Positions 38,047-48,188 of a stretch of DNA of 64,000 nucleotides are shown one piece after another. The stretch's first letter is position 1; every line of letters begins with the position of its first letter. The position numbers and the translations under genes were made by a program. The notes under the pieces were generated by a model. The model was not told the origin of the DNA. It made no database searches and was given only the letters and a program-made list of their open reading frames with translations. Source of the stretch: an uncultured delta proteobacterium (lineage in GTDB: Bacteria; Desulfobacterota; Binatia; UBA9968); contig CAVYTU010000015.1 of NCBI GenBank assembly GCA_963771465.1, positions 832,001 to 896,000 on the forward strand, read 5' to 3'.

Positions 38047-39132
38047 ATGCCGATCATCGACGCCGACACTCACATCGACGAAACCGAGGCGACTTGGGAG
38101 TATCTGCGCGACTTTGAGCAGGAGTTCAAACCGATCACCCAATATCCCGGCCGCGCTGATCCGGGCAAAAGACCGTCGCGCTACTGGTTGGTCGACGGCC
38201 ACCGCCAGATGCGTTTCGTCCGTGATGACGGCAACACGCGCACCACTGTCGAAACTCGCGAGCTGTTGGACGTTCAAGCGCGCCTGCGTGATATGGATGC
38301 CATGGGCACCCAAGTGCAGGTGCTTTATCCGACTTTATTCTTGATGGAAGCCACCGAGCGCGCGGAAGTCTCCACCGCGCTCAGGCGTAGTTACAACCGC
38401 TGGCTCGCCGATCGCTGCGCCGAATCCCACGGCCGCTTACGTTGGGTCTGTCTGCCGCCGCTGATGAACATGGAAGAAACAATCCAGGAGTTGCAATTCG
38501 CCAAAAACCACGGTGCTTGCGGCATTCTTAAGAAAGGCGATTTGGAAGCGGGCAAGTGGCCCGCCGATCAGTATTTCAATCCGCTCTATGAAGAAGCCAA
38601 TCGACTCGATTTGCCGATCTGCGTGCACATCGGCTCCGGCACACCGGACTTCGTGCCGGCGCGCGAATTCTCCTTGGGCTCGTTCATGCGTTCGCAGTTG
38701 CCGACCGTGCACGCCTTTCACACGATCATCCGCCATCAACTGCCGGTAAAATATCCTAAGCTCCGTTTCGGAATTATCGAAGCCGGCTGCTCGTGGATTC
38801 CGTTCATCGCCTGGGAGCTCAAGCGGCGCATGGAAAAAGCCGCCGACGGCGCCGGCTCGTTCAGCCAGTTCGCCCGCTACACGCTGTCATCAGAATTACT
38901 CAAAGCCAATCGCATGTACGTCACCTGCCAAGTCGACGAAGACCTGCCGTATATTCTCAAAGTCGCCGGCGAAGATAGCTTGATGGTCGGCTCCGACTAC
39001 ACCCACCGCGATTCGTCCATGGAATACGAATTTCCGCGCCTGCTCAAAGAACGCGCGGACCGCGGAGAGATCGAGCAATCGGCCGTGCAGAAAATATTAT
39101 ACGATAACGCCAAAGCGTTTTACGGGCTGTAG
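38047..39132 (+). CDS. Amidohydrolase_2 family protein
   Basis: IIDADTHIDE, RSYNRWLAD, CVHIG, IEAGCSWIP, GSDYTH. Confidence 0.9.
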   Translation: MPIIDADTHIDETEATWEYLRDFEQEFKPITQYPGRADPGKRPSRYWLVDGHRQMRFVRDDGNTRTTVETRELLDVQARLRDMDAMGTQVQVLYPTLFLMEATERAEVSTALRRSYNRWLADRCAESHGRLRWVCLPPLMNMEETIQELQFAKNHGACGILKKGDLEAGKWPADQYFNPLYEEANRLDLPICVHIGSGTPDFVPAREFSLGSFMRSQLPTVHAFHTIIRHQLPVKYPKLRFGIIEAGCSWIPFIAWELKRRMEKAADGAGSFSQFARYTLSSELLKANRMYVTCQVDEDLPYILKVAGEDSLMVGSDYTHRDSSMEYEFPRLLKERADRGEIEQSAVQKILYDNAKAFYGL

Positions 39133-39180
39133 AACATCCGAAGGAACCAACCAACTGCGTCTGCTTTATCCGAAGAGCTG

Positions 39181-39951
39181 TCACGCCTTCCGCGTCGCCG
39201 CAAGCTTCTGGTAATTCCACGTTCCTTCGCGTTGTGGCGCACGGCCCTTGAGGACATTCTTGAAATGCGGATGTTCGGAAAGCGGTGTGCGATTCGACAT
39301 GTCGTCAATCAAATTGTTAGGCAAACAATTGTAATCCTTGCCTTGCGCGGAGTACGCCAGGTAATTCATGCGCGCCTGTTCTTCCAAGTGCGCCATGCCC
39401 ATGACCGCTTCTGAAAGATTCTTTCCCGTCGTTACCGCGCCGTGGCCGTAAAGCAGCATCGCTTGACTTTCACCTAGCAAGTTTGCCACCTCCATGCCTT
39501 CAGCATCGCTCTGAATCGTTTTAACGTGGGGATAAATTGGCAGCGCTCGGCGCACCAGCTGCGCTCCTTCCTGACACATCGGCTTTAACGTACCGGTCAA
39601 GATGCTCATGAGAATCGTGTAGCGCGGATGCACATGCACGACCGCCTGCACGTTCGGATGGGTCTTGTAGATGCAGGCGTGAATTTTAACTTCCGAGCAC
39701 TGCGTCAGTCCGGCACGCCCGCCGATCAAAAATCCCTCGGTATCGCACATCACCATATCGTCGGGCTCCATCACGGACAGCGCGTCGTATTCATACTCGC
39801 GGCCTTTGACGAAAAAATGTTTGGGCTCCGCGGGAACGCGCATACTCGCATGCCCGAGCGCAGCCGTGAACCCGGTTGCTAATCCAAGGTTAGCGAGCAC
39901 GCGGTTCGCCGCCGCCACCTCGCGCTTTACGTCTTCAATATCTAAGGCCAT
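39181..39951 (-). CDS. Class II aldolase/adducin family protein
   Basis: GHASMR, SEVKIHACIY, VHVHP, LYGHGA. Confidence 0.9.
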   Translation of the reverse strand: MALDIEDVKREVAAANRVLANLGLATGFTAALGHASMRVPAEPKHFFVKGREYEYDALSVMEPDDMVMCDTEGFLIGGRAGLTQCSEVKIHACIYKTHPNVQAVVHVHPRYTILMSILTGTLKPMCQEGAQLVRRALPIYPHVKTIQSDAEGMEVANLLGESQAMLLYGHGAVTTGKNLSEAVMGMAHLEEQARMNYLAYSAQGKDYNCLPNNLIDDMSNRTPLSEHPHFKNVLKGRAPQREGTWNYQKLAATRKA

Positions 39952-40047
39952 TGCTTGCTCCTTCTATTACATGTTCTGTTCAGACGAATGAGTCGTGCCA
40001 AAATTTATTATTATTTGTCATTTTTGATTTCAATCCAAAATCCAAAA

Positions 40048-41004
40048 CTATTTGATTCCCATCTCCCTCAACGCCTCTCTGACCAGCGACAGATCGGCGA
40101 CTTCATTGAATGGAACCTCGCGAGTAATTTTGAGCGTCTGCTTTCTCTCTTCGATCGTCACGCGCAACCCTTTTTCACAAATGTCAGGATCCTCATTGTA
40201 GACTTTAACCACGCCGTCATAGGTCGCCGCGGCGACATCTTTCTTAACCTTCAGCCAGTCCATGATGAACTGAATCGTGCCGTCGCGATTGCCGCGAATG
40301 TAGCGGTTGGCCTTGATGCCCGCCTTGATGACGCGCTTGATTTCATCTGGCTTGTCTTGGATTTTTTTGATCCCGGCGACCAAACCCGTCTCGGGGAAAA
40401 TGAGAATGTCCTCGGCCCTCACAAGAATGTTAAACCCCAGCTTCTTCGCCTCGGCATCCAACGGCGGCGCCAGCACCGCGGCATCGAGCAAGCCCTGGGT
40501 CAGTCTGATGAAACGAGATTCGACTGCGCCGACGGCGACAAACTTCATGTCTTTATCGGGATCGAGACCAAAATGCTTGCCCATCAACCGCGCCGCGAAG
40601 ATCGAACCGCCGGCAAAGGTGGAAACGCCGATGGTCTTGCCTCTGAGCTCCTGGACTGACTTGATCTCGGGCCGAGCCACCATGGAGAGCACCGGCGCCG
40701 GCACGAAGCAGGCCACGACCTTAACCGGCAATCCAGAGATCGCGCCGCCAAGAGTCATGCCGGTGCCGTAATCCAGATCGCCACTGCTCAACGCCGCCCC
40801 GGTCGCGCCGCCGGTGACGCGAATAATCTCGGAGTCGATTCCCTCTTCTTTAAGGAACCCTCTTTTGTGTGCCAAGGGAAATGTCATGAACTGGCCGCTC
40901 AAGTTGCCGATGCTGATGCGAATCTTGTCGGCCGCATCGATCGCGGCCGTGAAGGTAGAAAGCATGAGCAAAACCAACCAAAGCTTAAGCAAAGTAGAGT
41001 GCAT
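40048..41004 (-). CDS. ABC transporter substrate-binding protein, NMT1/THI5-like
   Basis: Signal peptide; LAHKRGFLKEEG, IKSVQELRGKTIGV. Confidence 0.85.
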   Translation of the reverse strand: MHSTLLKLWLVLLMLSTFTAAIDAADKIRISIGNLSGQFMTFPLAHKRGFLKEEGIDSEIIRVTGGATGAALSSGDLDYGTGMTLGGAISGLPVKVVACFVPAPVLSMVARPEIKSVQELRGKTIGVSTFAGGSIFAARLMGKHFGLDPDKDMKFVAVGAVESRFIRLTQGLLDAAVLAPPLDAEAKKLGFNILVRAEDILIFPETGLVAGIKKIQDKPDEIKRVIKAGIKANRYIRGNRDGTIQFIMDWLKVKKDVAAATYDGVVKVYNEDPDICEKGLRVTIEERKQTLKITREVPFNEVADLSLVREALREMGIK

Positions 41005-41150
41005 GGCGCCTCCGCTATCTACTGCCATCCGCCGCCGAGTGAATGTCTGAGTCTGTAAACTAGAAAGTTGAGAATGGCATCGAGTGAACTTGCGAAGGCA
41101 TCCGACCGCTCGTCAAATACCATTTCACAATCCACATCGTTCAGACGTGC

Positions 41151-42239
41151 TCACCGCAAAAACTCTTTCTCAAAAAAATCCGACCATTCGTTGCTCTTAT
41201 CGAATAGTATTTCCGGCCCCAGATAATTCACTTTTTTGAAGCGCACGCCGGGTTTCAAGTCGGCTTGCAGCGCGGCAACCTCGGGATGGGCGGGCAAATA
41301 ATTGGCCGCTTGAAATACCCGCTGTCCTTTGCGCGAAAGCATGAAGTCGAGAAACAGCATCGAGGCGTGCGGATGGGGCGCATGCTTGGCGATGCCAACG
41401 GCATTGTTTGTTGCGGTCACCGGCTCGAGCGGATGCCACTCCACCGGCGCGCCAGCGGCTTTGCTGATGTAAGCGTGGTGATTGAAAATCTGGATCGCCA
41501 TCGGATACTCGCCGGCGATGACGAGGTCGAGTATCTGGCGCGCGCTGGCCGTGCTCTTGGCGATATTTTGCTGCTTCAACTTTTGCAAATACGATTTACC
41601 CGCTTCCTGACCCTTGGAGATGAGAATGTTGCCGATAAACTGCGGCGCGCCCGACCCGCGGCTCGTCGACCACAGGGTCTGGCCGCGCCAACGCGGATTG
41701 AGCAAGTCTTCGTAGCTTTTCGGCAGCTCGTTGGGTTTGACCAGGCGTGTGTTGTAACCGAGTGTCATGAAGTAGACGTTGGTGCTACCCCAAAAACCTT
41801 TCGGATCTTTGAGTTCCGGCGGATACTCAGCAATCGGCGGCGAGTAAAATCGTTGCATCAGTCCGGCGCGCTGCAAGATCGTCGCCGCCGAGCTGCCGCT
41901 CACCAGATCGACTTCGTAGCGTTTGGACTGATACTCGGCGAGCATCCGCTGCGCCAAGCGTTCAGCGTTGGCACGAAAGAAGTCCACTTGAATGAATGGA
42001 TATTCTTTTTCAAAAGCATCCTTCACCGGCCGCACAACCTGGTCGACGATCAGGCCGGTATAGAACATCATCTTGCCTTCCTTCTTGGCGCCTTCGATGA
42101 GAATCTTCTCGCGGTTGGGCGATTTCATCAGCGCGATCTCTTCGACCGATGCCGCAAACGAGATCGAACGAGACAATCCCACGATCGCGATGTAGCATGC
42201 CGACAATAACCGCCCGAGCCGATACCGATTCGCTATCAT
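41151..42239 (-). CDS. Extracellular solute-binding protein (Fe3+/thiamine SBP-like)
   Basis: GAKKEGK, YNTRLV, PKSYEDLLNPRWRG, APHPHASMLFLDF. Confidence 0.85.
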   Translation of the reverse strand: MIANRYRLGRLLSACYIAIVGLSRSISFAASVEEIALMKSPNREKILIEGAKKEGKMMFYTGLIVDQVVRPVKDAFEKEYPFIQVDFFRANAERLAQRMLAEYQSKRYEVDLVSGSSAATILQRAGLMQRFYSPPIAEYPPELKDPKGFWGSTNVYFMTLGYNTRLVKPNELPKSYEDLLNPRWRGQTLWSTSRGSGAPQFIGNILISKGQEAGKSYLQKLKQQNIAKSTASARQILDLVIAGEYPMAIQIFNHHAYISKAAGAPVEWHPLEPVTATNNAVGIAKHAPHPHASMLFLDFMLSRKGQRVFQAANYLPAHPEVAALQADLKPGVRFKKVNYLGPEILFDKSNEWSDFFEKEFLR

Positions 42240-42530
42240 ATTGCCTCCTTTTTATTTTAGGAGCTTCGTCTGCGGGACCGCTTTTAGAGTGCCTGAACGA
42301 GAAACCAAAAATCGATTTAGCCAGATTTTGATCATGCGCACCGAATTCTTAGATTCTCGCTGCCTAACGCCTCAATCGCTATCGTCGCACGCTAGTCCCG
42401 CCGTTGGCCGCCTGTCAAGTTTCGTTCGCAGTAAAACACGCTTCTCACACGCAGGTTTCTGTTGTCTGGTAGATAATTCATGCTATGTTCCGGCGAAATA
42501 AGATGATCGATAACCTAGCAAGGAGGCAAC

Positions 42531-43694
42531 ATGCCCGGCGCACTTGAAGACATTCGCGTGATTGATTTTACCCATGCACTCAACGGCCCGTTCTGCACCA
42601 TGATGCTCGGTCACTTGGGCGCGGAGATTATCAAGATTGAACCGCCCGCGGGCGACGGCTTTCGCCGTTCTTGGATGCCGCCCAACACCAAAGTCGACGC
42701 CTACGAATTTTTGTGGGTCAGCGCGAACAAGAAAAGCGTCGTGCTCAACCTAAAAGATCCACGCGGCGCGGATTTGGCGCGCCAGTTAATTGCGAAAGCC
42801 GATGTCGTGGTGGAAAACTATCACACCGGGACGATGGAAAAATTTGGTCTGGGTTATGAAGATTTAAAAAAGATCAATCCGCGCATCATCTATTCATGCT
42901 CGCGCGGCTTCGGCGAGACGGGGCCGTACAAAGACTACGGCAGCACGGCGCACACCAACAACAGCATGACCGGTTGGACCCACACCGGCTGGGGTTACAA
43001 CAAGGCTCCGGGAACCAAAGCGATAGGTATCGGCGACGAAGCCGCCGGCGTCAGCATGGTGTGCGGCATCCTCGCCGCGCTGCACGCGCGCGAACGTACC
43101 GGCGAGGGCCAAAAAATCGTCGTGTCGATGCAAGAAGCGTTGCTCGGTTTCATGATCAGCGAGTTTCATGAACACTTCATTGGCATTGAGATTGGCAACA
43201 AGCCCGTGCCGGCGGCCGACGGCTTTTTCACGCTGCGCGTGCCGGACTTGAGCGACGCCGGTTGGGCCAAGCTTACCAAACTCATGGGCCGCGAGGATTT
43301 GCTTCAAGATGCACGATTCGCGACGGCGGCTGCGCGAAAACAGCATCGCTCTGAATTGTACGAGCTGGTCAAAACGTGGGTGAGCAGCAAAACTCGCCAG
43401 GAACTGTGGAACGGACTACGCGCCATCGACTATTTCGGCGCGCCAGTGTTGTCGATGGGCGAAGTGATTGACGACCCGCATATCAAAGAGCGAAACGCGT
43501 TTATCGATAGAAATCATCCGACCGCCGGGCCGACGAAATTGCTCGCGCCGTGGATTCACATGTCGAAGACGCCGGCGAGCATCCGCACCGACTCCCCTGC
43601 GCTTGGCCAGCATACGGATGAAGTGTTGGGCGGGGTTCTCGGCTTGAGCGCAAATGAGCTAAACGATTTACACACGCAAGGCATCGTCAAATAA
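42531..43694 (+). CDS. CoA-transferase family III (CaiB/BaiF)
   Basis: LEDIRVIDF, GPFCTMML, IKIEPP, NKKSVVLNLK, catalytic D in GIGDE, PALGQHT. Confidence 0.93.
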   Translation: MPGALEDIRVIDFTHALNGPFCTMMLGHLGAEIIKIEPPAGDGFRRSWMPPNTKVDAYEFLWVSANKKSVVLNLKDPRGADLARQLIAKADVVVENYHTGTMEKFGLGYEDLKKINPRIIYSCSRGFGETGPYKDYGSTAHTNNSMTGWTHTGWGYNKAPGTKAIGIGDEAAGVSMVCGILAALHARERTGEGQKIVVSMQEALLGFMISEFHEHFIGIEIGNKPVPAADGFFTLRVPDLSDAGWAKLTKLMGREDLLQDARFATAAARKQHRSELYELVKTWVSSKTRQELWNGLRAIDYFGAPVLSMGEVIDDPHIKERNAFIDRNHPTAGPTKLLAPWIHMSKTPASIRTDSPALGQHTDEVLGGVLGLSANELNDLHTQGIVK

Positions 43695-43783
43695 GCCATA
43701 GTTCGGATTGCCGTAAAACTTTCATTTCATGAAAGTCTTCGGTTGCGGCGCGTCGAAGAAGGCGTCGAGAAGTTCTAACTTAG

Positions 43784-45457
43784 CTAGTTGGGCTTCCAGA
43801 TAGCGGTCAGGCGGAAAATTTCCGCGTCGCGGAAAACTTGCAGCAAAGCGCCGTCGATCAATCCCTGTTTCGCTTCATCGTGCAGAATATCGAGCGCCTG
43901 ATCCCAAGGCACGGCCTTTTTATAGGGCCGGTCCTGGGCCGACAGCGCATCGTAAATATCCGAGATCGTCATCATCTTCGATTGGAACGGGATCACCGGC
44001 GCGGCTAAGTTATGCGGGTAACCGGTGCCGTCAAGTTTTTCGTGATGCGCCGATGCGATCGCCGGTATGTTTTTGATCTCCCGAGTCCAGGGAATTTGCG
44101 ACAGGAAACTCAAGGTATGACCGACATGCTGCTCGATTTGCCGGCGTTCAACTTCGTCTAAGTTGCCGCGGCGAATCGACAGCATGCTAACTTCCTGGAG
44201 CGTGAGTAGCGGTTTACGCCGACCCTTACTATCGACGTAGTCGCGAGATGCGACCTCGGCCAAGCGCTCGAAATTGCCTTCGCGCAACACGGTCGGTTCG
44301 TTGCATTTCACGATGAAGCCGAGAAAGTCATCGATCTCGCGCAGATTGGCTTCAAGCTCGCGTTGGAAGTCATTTTGGCGCAGCAAAAACTCTTCGCGGC
44401 CGCGCTCCAGAAGATAGGCCAGCTTGCGCTCGCTCTGTTCATACTCAAACGCCTTGCGCGCGTAGGCGAAACGCTGCTTCACCAGCTCGAGTTGCAGGGG
44501 GTAAAGCTTCTTGGCTTTGACCAGCACTTCTTCGCGCACGCCGACTTTGCCGAAATCATGCAGCAGCGACGCGTAACGGATCTCCTTCATCTCAGCCCGG
44601 CTAAAACGAATATCACGAAAGACTCCACCGTCAGCCCGATCCACCGCCTCGGCCAATCCGATCGTCAAGTCGGCGACGCGAAACGAATGGCCCGAGGTCG
44701 CCGGGTCGCGCGACTCGATGGCGCCCACCGAAGCGCGGACGAAGCCTTCGAAGAGAGTTTCGATGCTCTCGTCGAGCCGGTTGTTCTCGATCGCCACCGC
44801 CGCTTGGCTCGCCAAGGAATCGAGCAATGGCCGGCAATGCGCCGGATAAGGCACAAACCCTTCGTCGCGCTCGTTGTCCACGTGAGCGCCGTGCGCGCGC
44901 TTACAATTGATCAGTTGGACGACGCCGACAATTTCTCCCTGAGGATTTTTTATCGGCACGATGAGCATTGACTTTGACCGGTAACCGCTCTGCTCGTCGA
45001 ATTTGTGATTAAAATGAAACGGCAGCGAAGCCGGAATAGCGTAGACGTCCTGCAAGTCAATCGCTTCGCCGGTAAGCGCGACGTAGCCGGCGAGGCTCGT
45101 GCTGTCGATCGGCAATAGCGATTCTCTGAATTCCACCGCGGTGCTGTCGTTCTGGGTAATTTTGAAACGCAGCCGCCGCTCGCCGCGTTCGTTCTCTTCA
45201 ATCAGATAAAGCGAACCGGCATCGCTGGCGGTAATTTCGCGGCACTTTTGCAGAATGATGCGCAGTAGCGAATCCCGATCGCGCTGCGTCGAAAGCGCGA
45301 TGCCGATCTCGTTCAGCTGCTCGATTTCCCAACGGGCGCGCTCGAGTTCCTGCTCCAGGTCAGCCTCACGGCGCGCGCTTGCTGCGCTGAACGTGCTCGC
45401 TTTGATTGCGAGATTTGTCTGAGTTGATTGTGGGGATAAATCCCGGCGCTGAGACAT
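43784..45457 (-). CDS. GAF + HD-GYP domain protein (putative c-di-GMP phosphodiesterase)
   Basis: GAF with DAGSLYL, YRSKSML; GHSFRVA, LLHDFGKVG, HHEKLDGTGYP, DRPYK. Confidence 0.92.
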   Translation of the reverse strand: MSQRRDLSPQSTQTNLAIKASTFSAASARREADLEQELERARWEIEQLNEIGIALSTQRDRDSLLRIILQKCREITASDAGSLYLIEENERGERRLRFKITQNDSTAVEFRESLLPIDSTSLAGYVALTGEAIDLQDVYAIPASLPFHFNHKFDEQSGYRSKSMLIVPIKNPQGEIVGVVQLINCKRAHGAHVDNERDEGFVPYPAHCRPLLDSLASQAAVAIENNRLDESIETLFEGFVRASVGAIESRDPATSGHSFRVADLTIGLAEAVDRADGGVFRDIRFSRAEMKEIRYASLLHDFGKVGVREEVLVKAKKLYPLQLELVKQRFAYARKAFEYEQSERKLAYLLERGREEFLLRQNDFQRELEANLREIDDFLGFIVKCNEPTVLREGNFERLAEVASRDYVDSKGRRKPLLTLQEVSMLSIRRGNLDEVERRQIEQHVGHTLSFLSQIPWTREIKNIPAIASAHHEKLDGTGYPHNLAAPVIPFQSKMMTISDIYDALSAQDRPYKKAVPWDQALDILHDEAKQGLIDGALLQVFRDAEIFRLTAIWKPN

Positions 45458-45621
45458 AAAGAGGAACCCGACAAGGAAACCTATCTGAAAACCAGCCATA
45501 GCGTCAACCTGTCACACGAGGTGCGCGACTTGGTACGATTTGCCTGGCATTGATGGCGTGTTTTCTCCCTTGCTTGCCGAGAAACTGCGACACCGCGCGC
45601 TCACATTCATGGGGCGGAGTT

Positions 45622-45637
45622 CGGCATGGATTCTGCT
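45622..45637 (+). promoter_or_regulatory. sigma54-like -24/-12 promoter
   Basis: CGGCAT-N5-CTGCT upstream of the GH44 gene. Confidence 0.4.
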
Positions 45638-45700
45638 CATTTCCCTGCGCATCGCAGCATTCTTATGTCGCCAACCAATCCATCGATGGAAGTAAGCTTC

Positions 45701-47893
45701 ATGCGCATCGCAATTCAATCCTTTCTGTCTCGTTTGATCATCGCAATATTTCTTTTCTGCGCCGCGAGTGTAAGCGCGCAGAACGCGCCGGTAACGATCA
45801 ACGTCGACGCCAATTTGAACCGCCGGCCGATCAATCCGAATATTTACGGCGTCGCCCATGCCACGACGGCGCAGTTAAACGATTTGAACAGCCCGCTCAA
45901 CCGCAACGGCGGCAACAACACGACACGCTATAACTGGCAGCTGAACGCCGACAATCGCGCCAACGATTGGTACTTCCAGAGCATTGCCGAACCGAGCGCT
46001 GTCGCCGGCGAGCGTGGCGATACATTTATAGCCAACGCCAAAGCTGCCAACGCGCAGGCGATGCTGACGATTCCGATGATCGATTGGGTCGCCAAGCTCG
46101 GTGCGAATCGCAGCAAGCTCGCAAGTTTTTCCATCGCCAAATACGGCGCGCAAACCGGCAACGACTGGCAGTGGTTTCCCGACGCGGGCAACGGCATCCG
46201 CACCAATGGCCAGTACGTCACCGGCAACGATCCTAACGACGCTAACGTGCCGTCGAACTCGACATTCCAACAAGGCTGGACGCAGCACTTGGTCAATCGC
46301 TGGGGCACGAACTCCGACCGGCGGTTTGCGCTACTACATTCTCGACAATGAACCGAGCATCTGGCACGCCACCCATCGCGACGTCCATCCCACCGGCGCG
46401 ACCATGGATGAGATCAAAAATAAGCTCATCGACTTACGCCGGCAAGATCAAAACCGTCGATCCGTCAGCGCTGGTCGTCGGTCCGGAAGAATGGGGTTGG
46501 AGCGGTTACACGTTGAGCGGCTTCGATCAGCAGTACGGCAGCCTGCACGGCTGGAGCAATTTGCCCGATCGTAACAACCACGGCGGCTGGGATTATCTGC
46601 CATGGCTGCTCGATCAGCTGCGGCAAAATAATTTGGCTACCGGTAAACGATTACTCGATATTTTCACCGTGCATTATTATCCGCAGGGCGGCGAGTTCAG
46701 CAACGACACTTCCAGTGCCATGCAGCTTCGGCGCAATCGCTCGACGCGCTCGCTCTGGGATCCGAACTACGTCGACGAAACCTGGATCAACGATCGCGTG
46801 CAGTTGGTGCCGCGGCTGCGCAGCCTGGGTGAATAGCTACTATCCCGGCACACTCACCGGCATCACCGAATACAACTGGGGCGCCGAAAATCATATCAAC
46901 GGCGCCACCGCGCAAGCCGACATCTATGGCATCTTCGGCCGCGAAGGTTTGGACATGGCGGCGCGCTGGACGACACCGGATGCGACCACGCCGACGTACA
47001 AGGCGATGCAAATGTATCGCAACTACGACGGCAACAAATCGACGTTCGGCGACATGAGCGTCGCCGCCACCGGGCCAAATCCGGATAATGTCGCCGTCTT
47101 CGCCGCAGAGCGATCCGCAGACGGCGCGCTGACGATGATGGCCATCAGCAAATTTCTTTCAGGCACCACCGCAGCAACCATCAATCTCGCCAATTTCCCG
47201 CACAACGGCAGCGCTCAAGTGTGGCAGCTGACCGCGGCGAATACGATCAATCATTTAAGCGACGTCAATTTCATCGGCGGCGGTTTTAATTTCACCCTGC
47301 CGGCCCAGAGCATCACGCTGTTCGTATTGCCTGCGGCGAGCGGCAACCAGTCGCCGGTGGCGGCGCTGTCCGCTCAACCCAGTTCCGGCCCGGCGCCGTT
47401 GAATGTTTTTTTTAATGCTAGCGGCTCATCCGATCCGGACGGATCGATCGTCTCCTATGCGTGGAATTTTGGCGACAGCGCCACAGCATCAGGAGCGGCA
47501 GCCAATCACAGCTACAGCGCGCCGGGAAGCTATATCGCCCGCCTTACGGTTACGGACAACCAGGGCGCGAGCAGCTCGATGACGACGACGATCGAGGTTA
47601 ACGCCGATTTACCGAGCGCGCCAAGCAATCTTGCGGCAAGCACGCTATCACGCAGTCAAATCAATTTGAGCTGGACCGACAACGCTAACAATGAGAACGG
47701 CTTTAAAATCGAGCGCTGCGCCGGTGTGACGTGTTCCAACTTCTCACAAATCGCCAGCGTAGGCGTCAATGTGACGAATTTTTCGAACAGCGGGCTCAAG
47801 CGCAACACCGCCTATCGTTATCGTCTGCGCTCCTACAGTGTCTCGGGAAATTCGCCTTATTCAAATATTGCCGGCGCTAAAACGACGAAATGA
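45701..47893 (+). CDS. Secreted glycoside hydrolase family 44 with PKD and FN3 domains; three apparent +1 frameshifts (~46314, ~46434, ~46825)
   Basis: INPNIYG, GGNNTTRYNW, YILDNEP, HYYPQ, GITEYNWG; PKD SSDPDGSIVSYAWNFGD; C-terminal FN3. Confidence 0.88.
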
Positions 47894-48062
47894 TTTCGGT
47901 CAAAGCAAGAACAGAGTCAAACTCGGCAAACCTGCCCGTGGCTGCCGAGAGGCAAGTCAAAAACCACGTCACCTGGCGAAGCTTTGCCATGACTGTCCAT
48001 CTTCGAGCCCCCGAAAATTAGTCGGAGCAAAACATTTTGTGACAACCCGGGTCAACGTCGCA

Positions 48063-48078
48063 TGGCACGGCTCCTGCT
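48063..48078 (+). promoter_or_regulatory. sigma54-like -24/-12 promoter
   Basis: TGGCAC-N5-CTGCT upstream of the metalloprotease gene. Confidence 0.6.
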
Positions 48079-48188
48079 CATGTTCCCGACACTTCCGAGA
48101 TCGTGAGCGAACTGCGCACCAAGAAGATTTTCGGTAACCGAGGAAATTGATCGAACCCCATAGGTAAAATTGAGAAAGGACAAGATTC

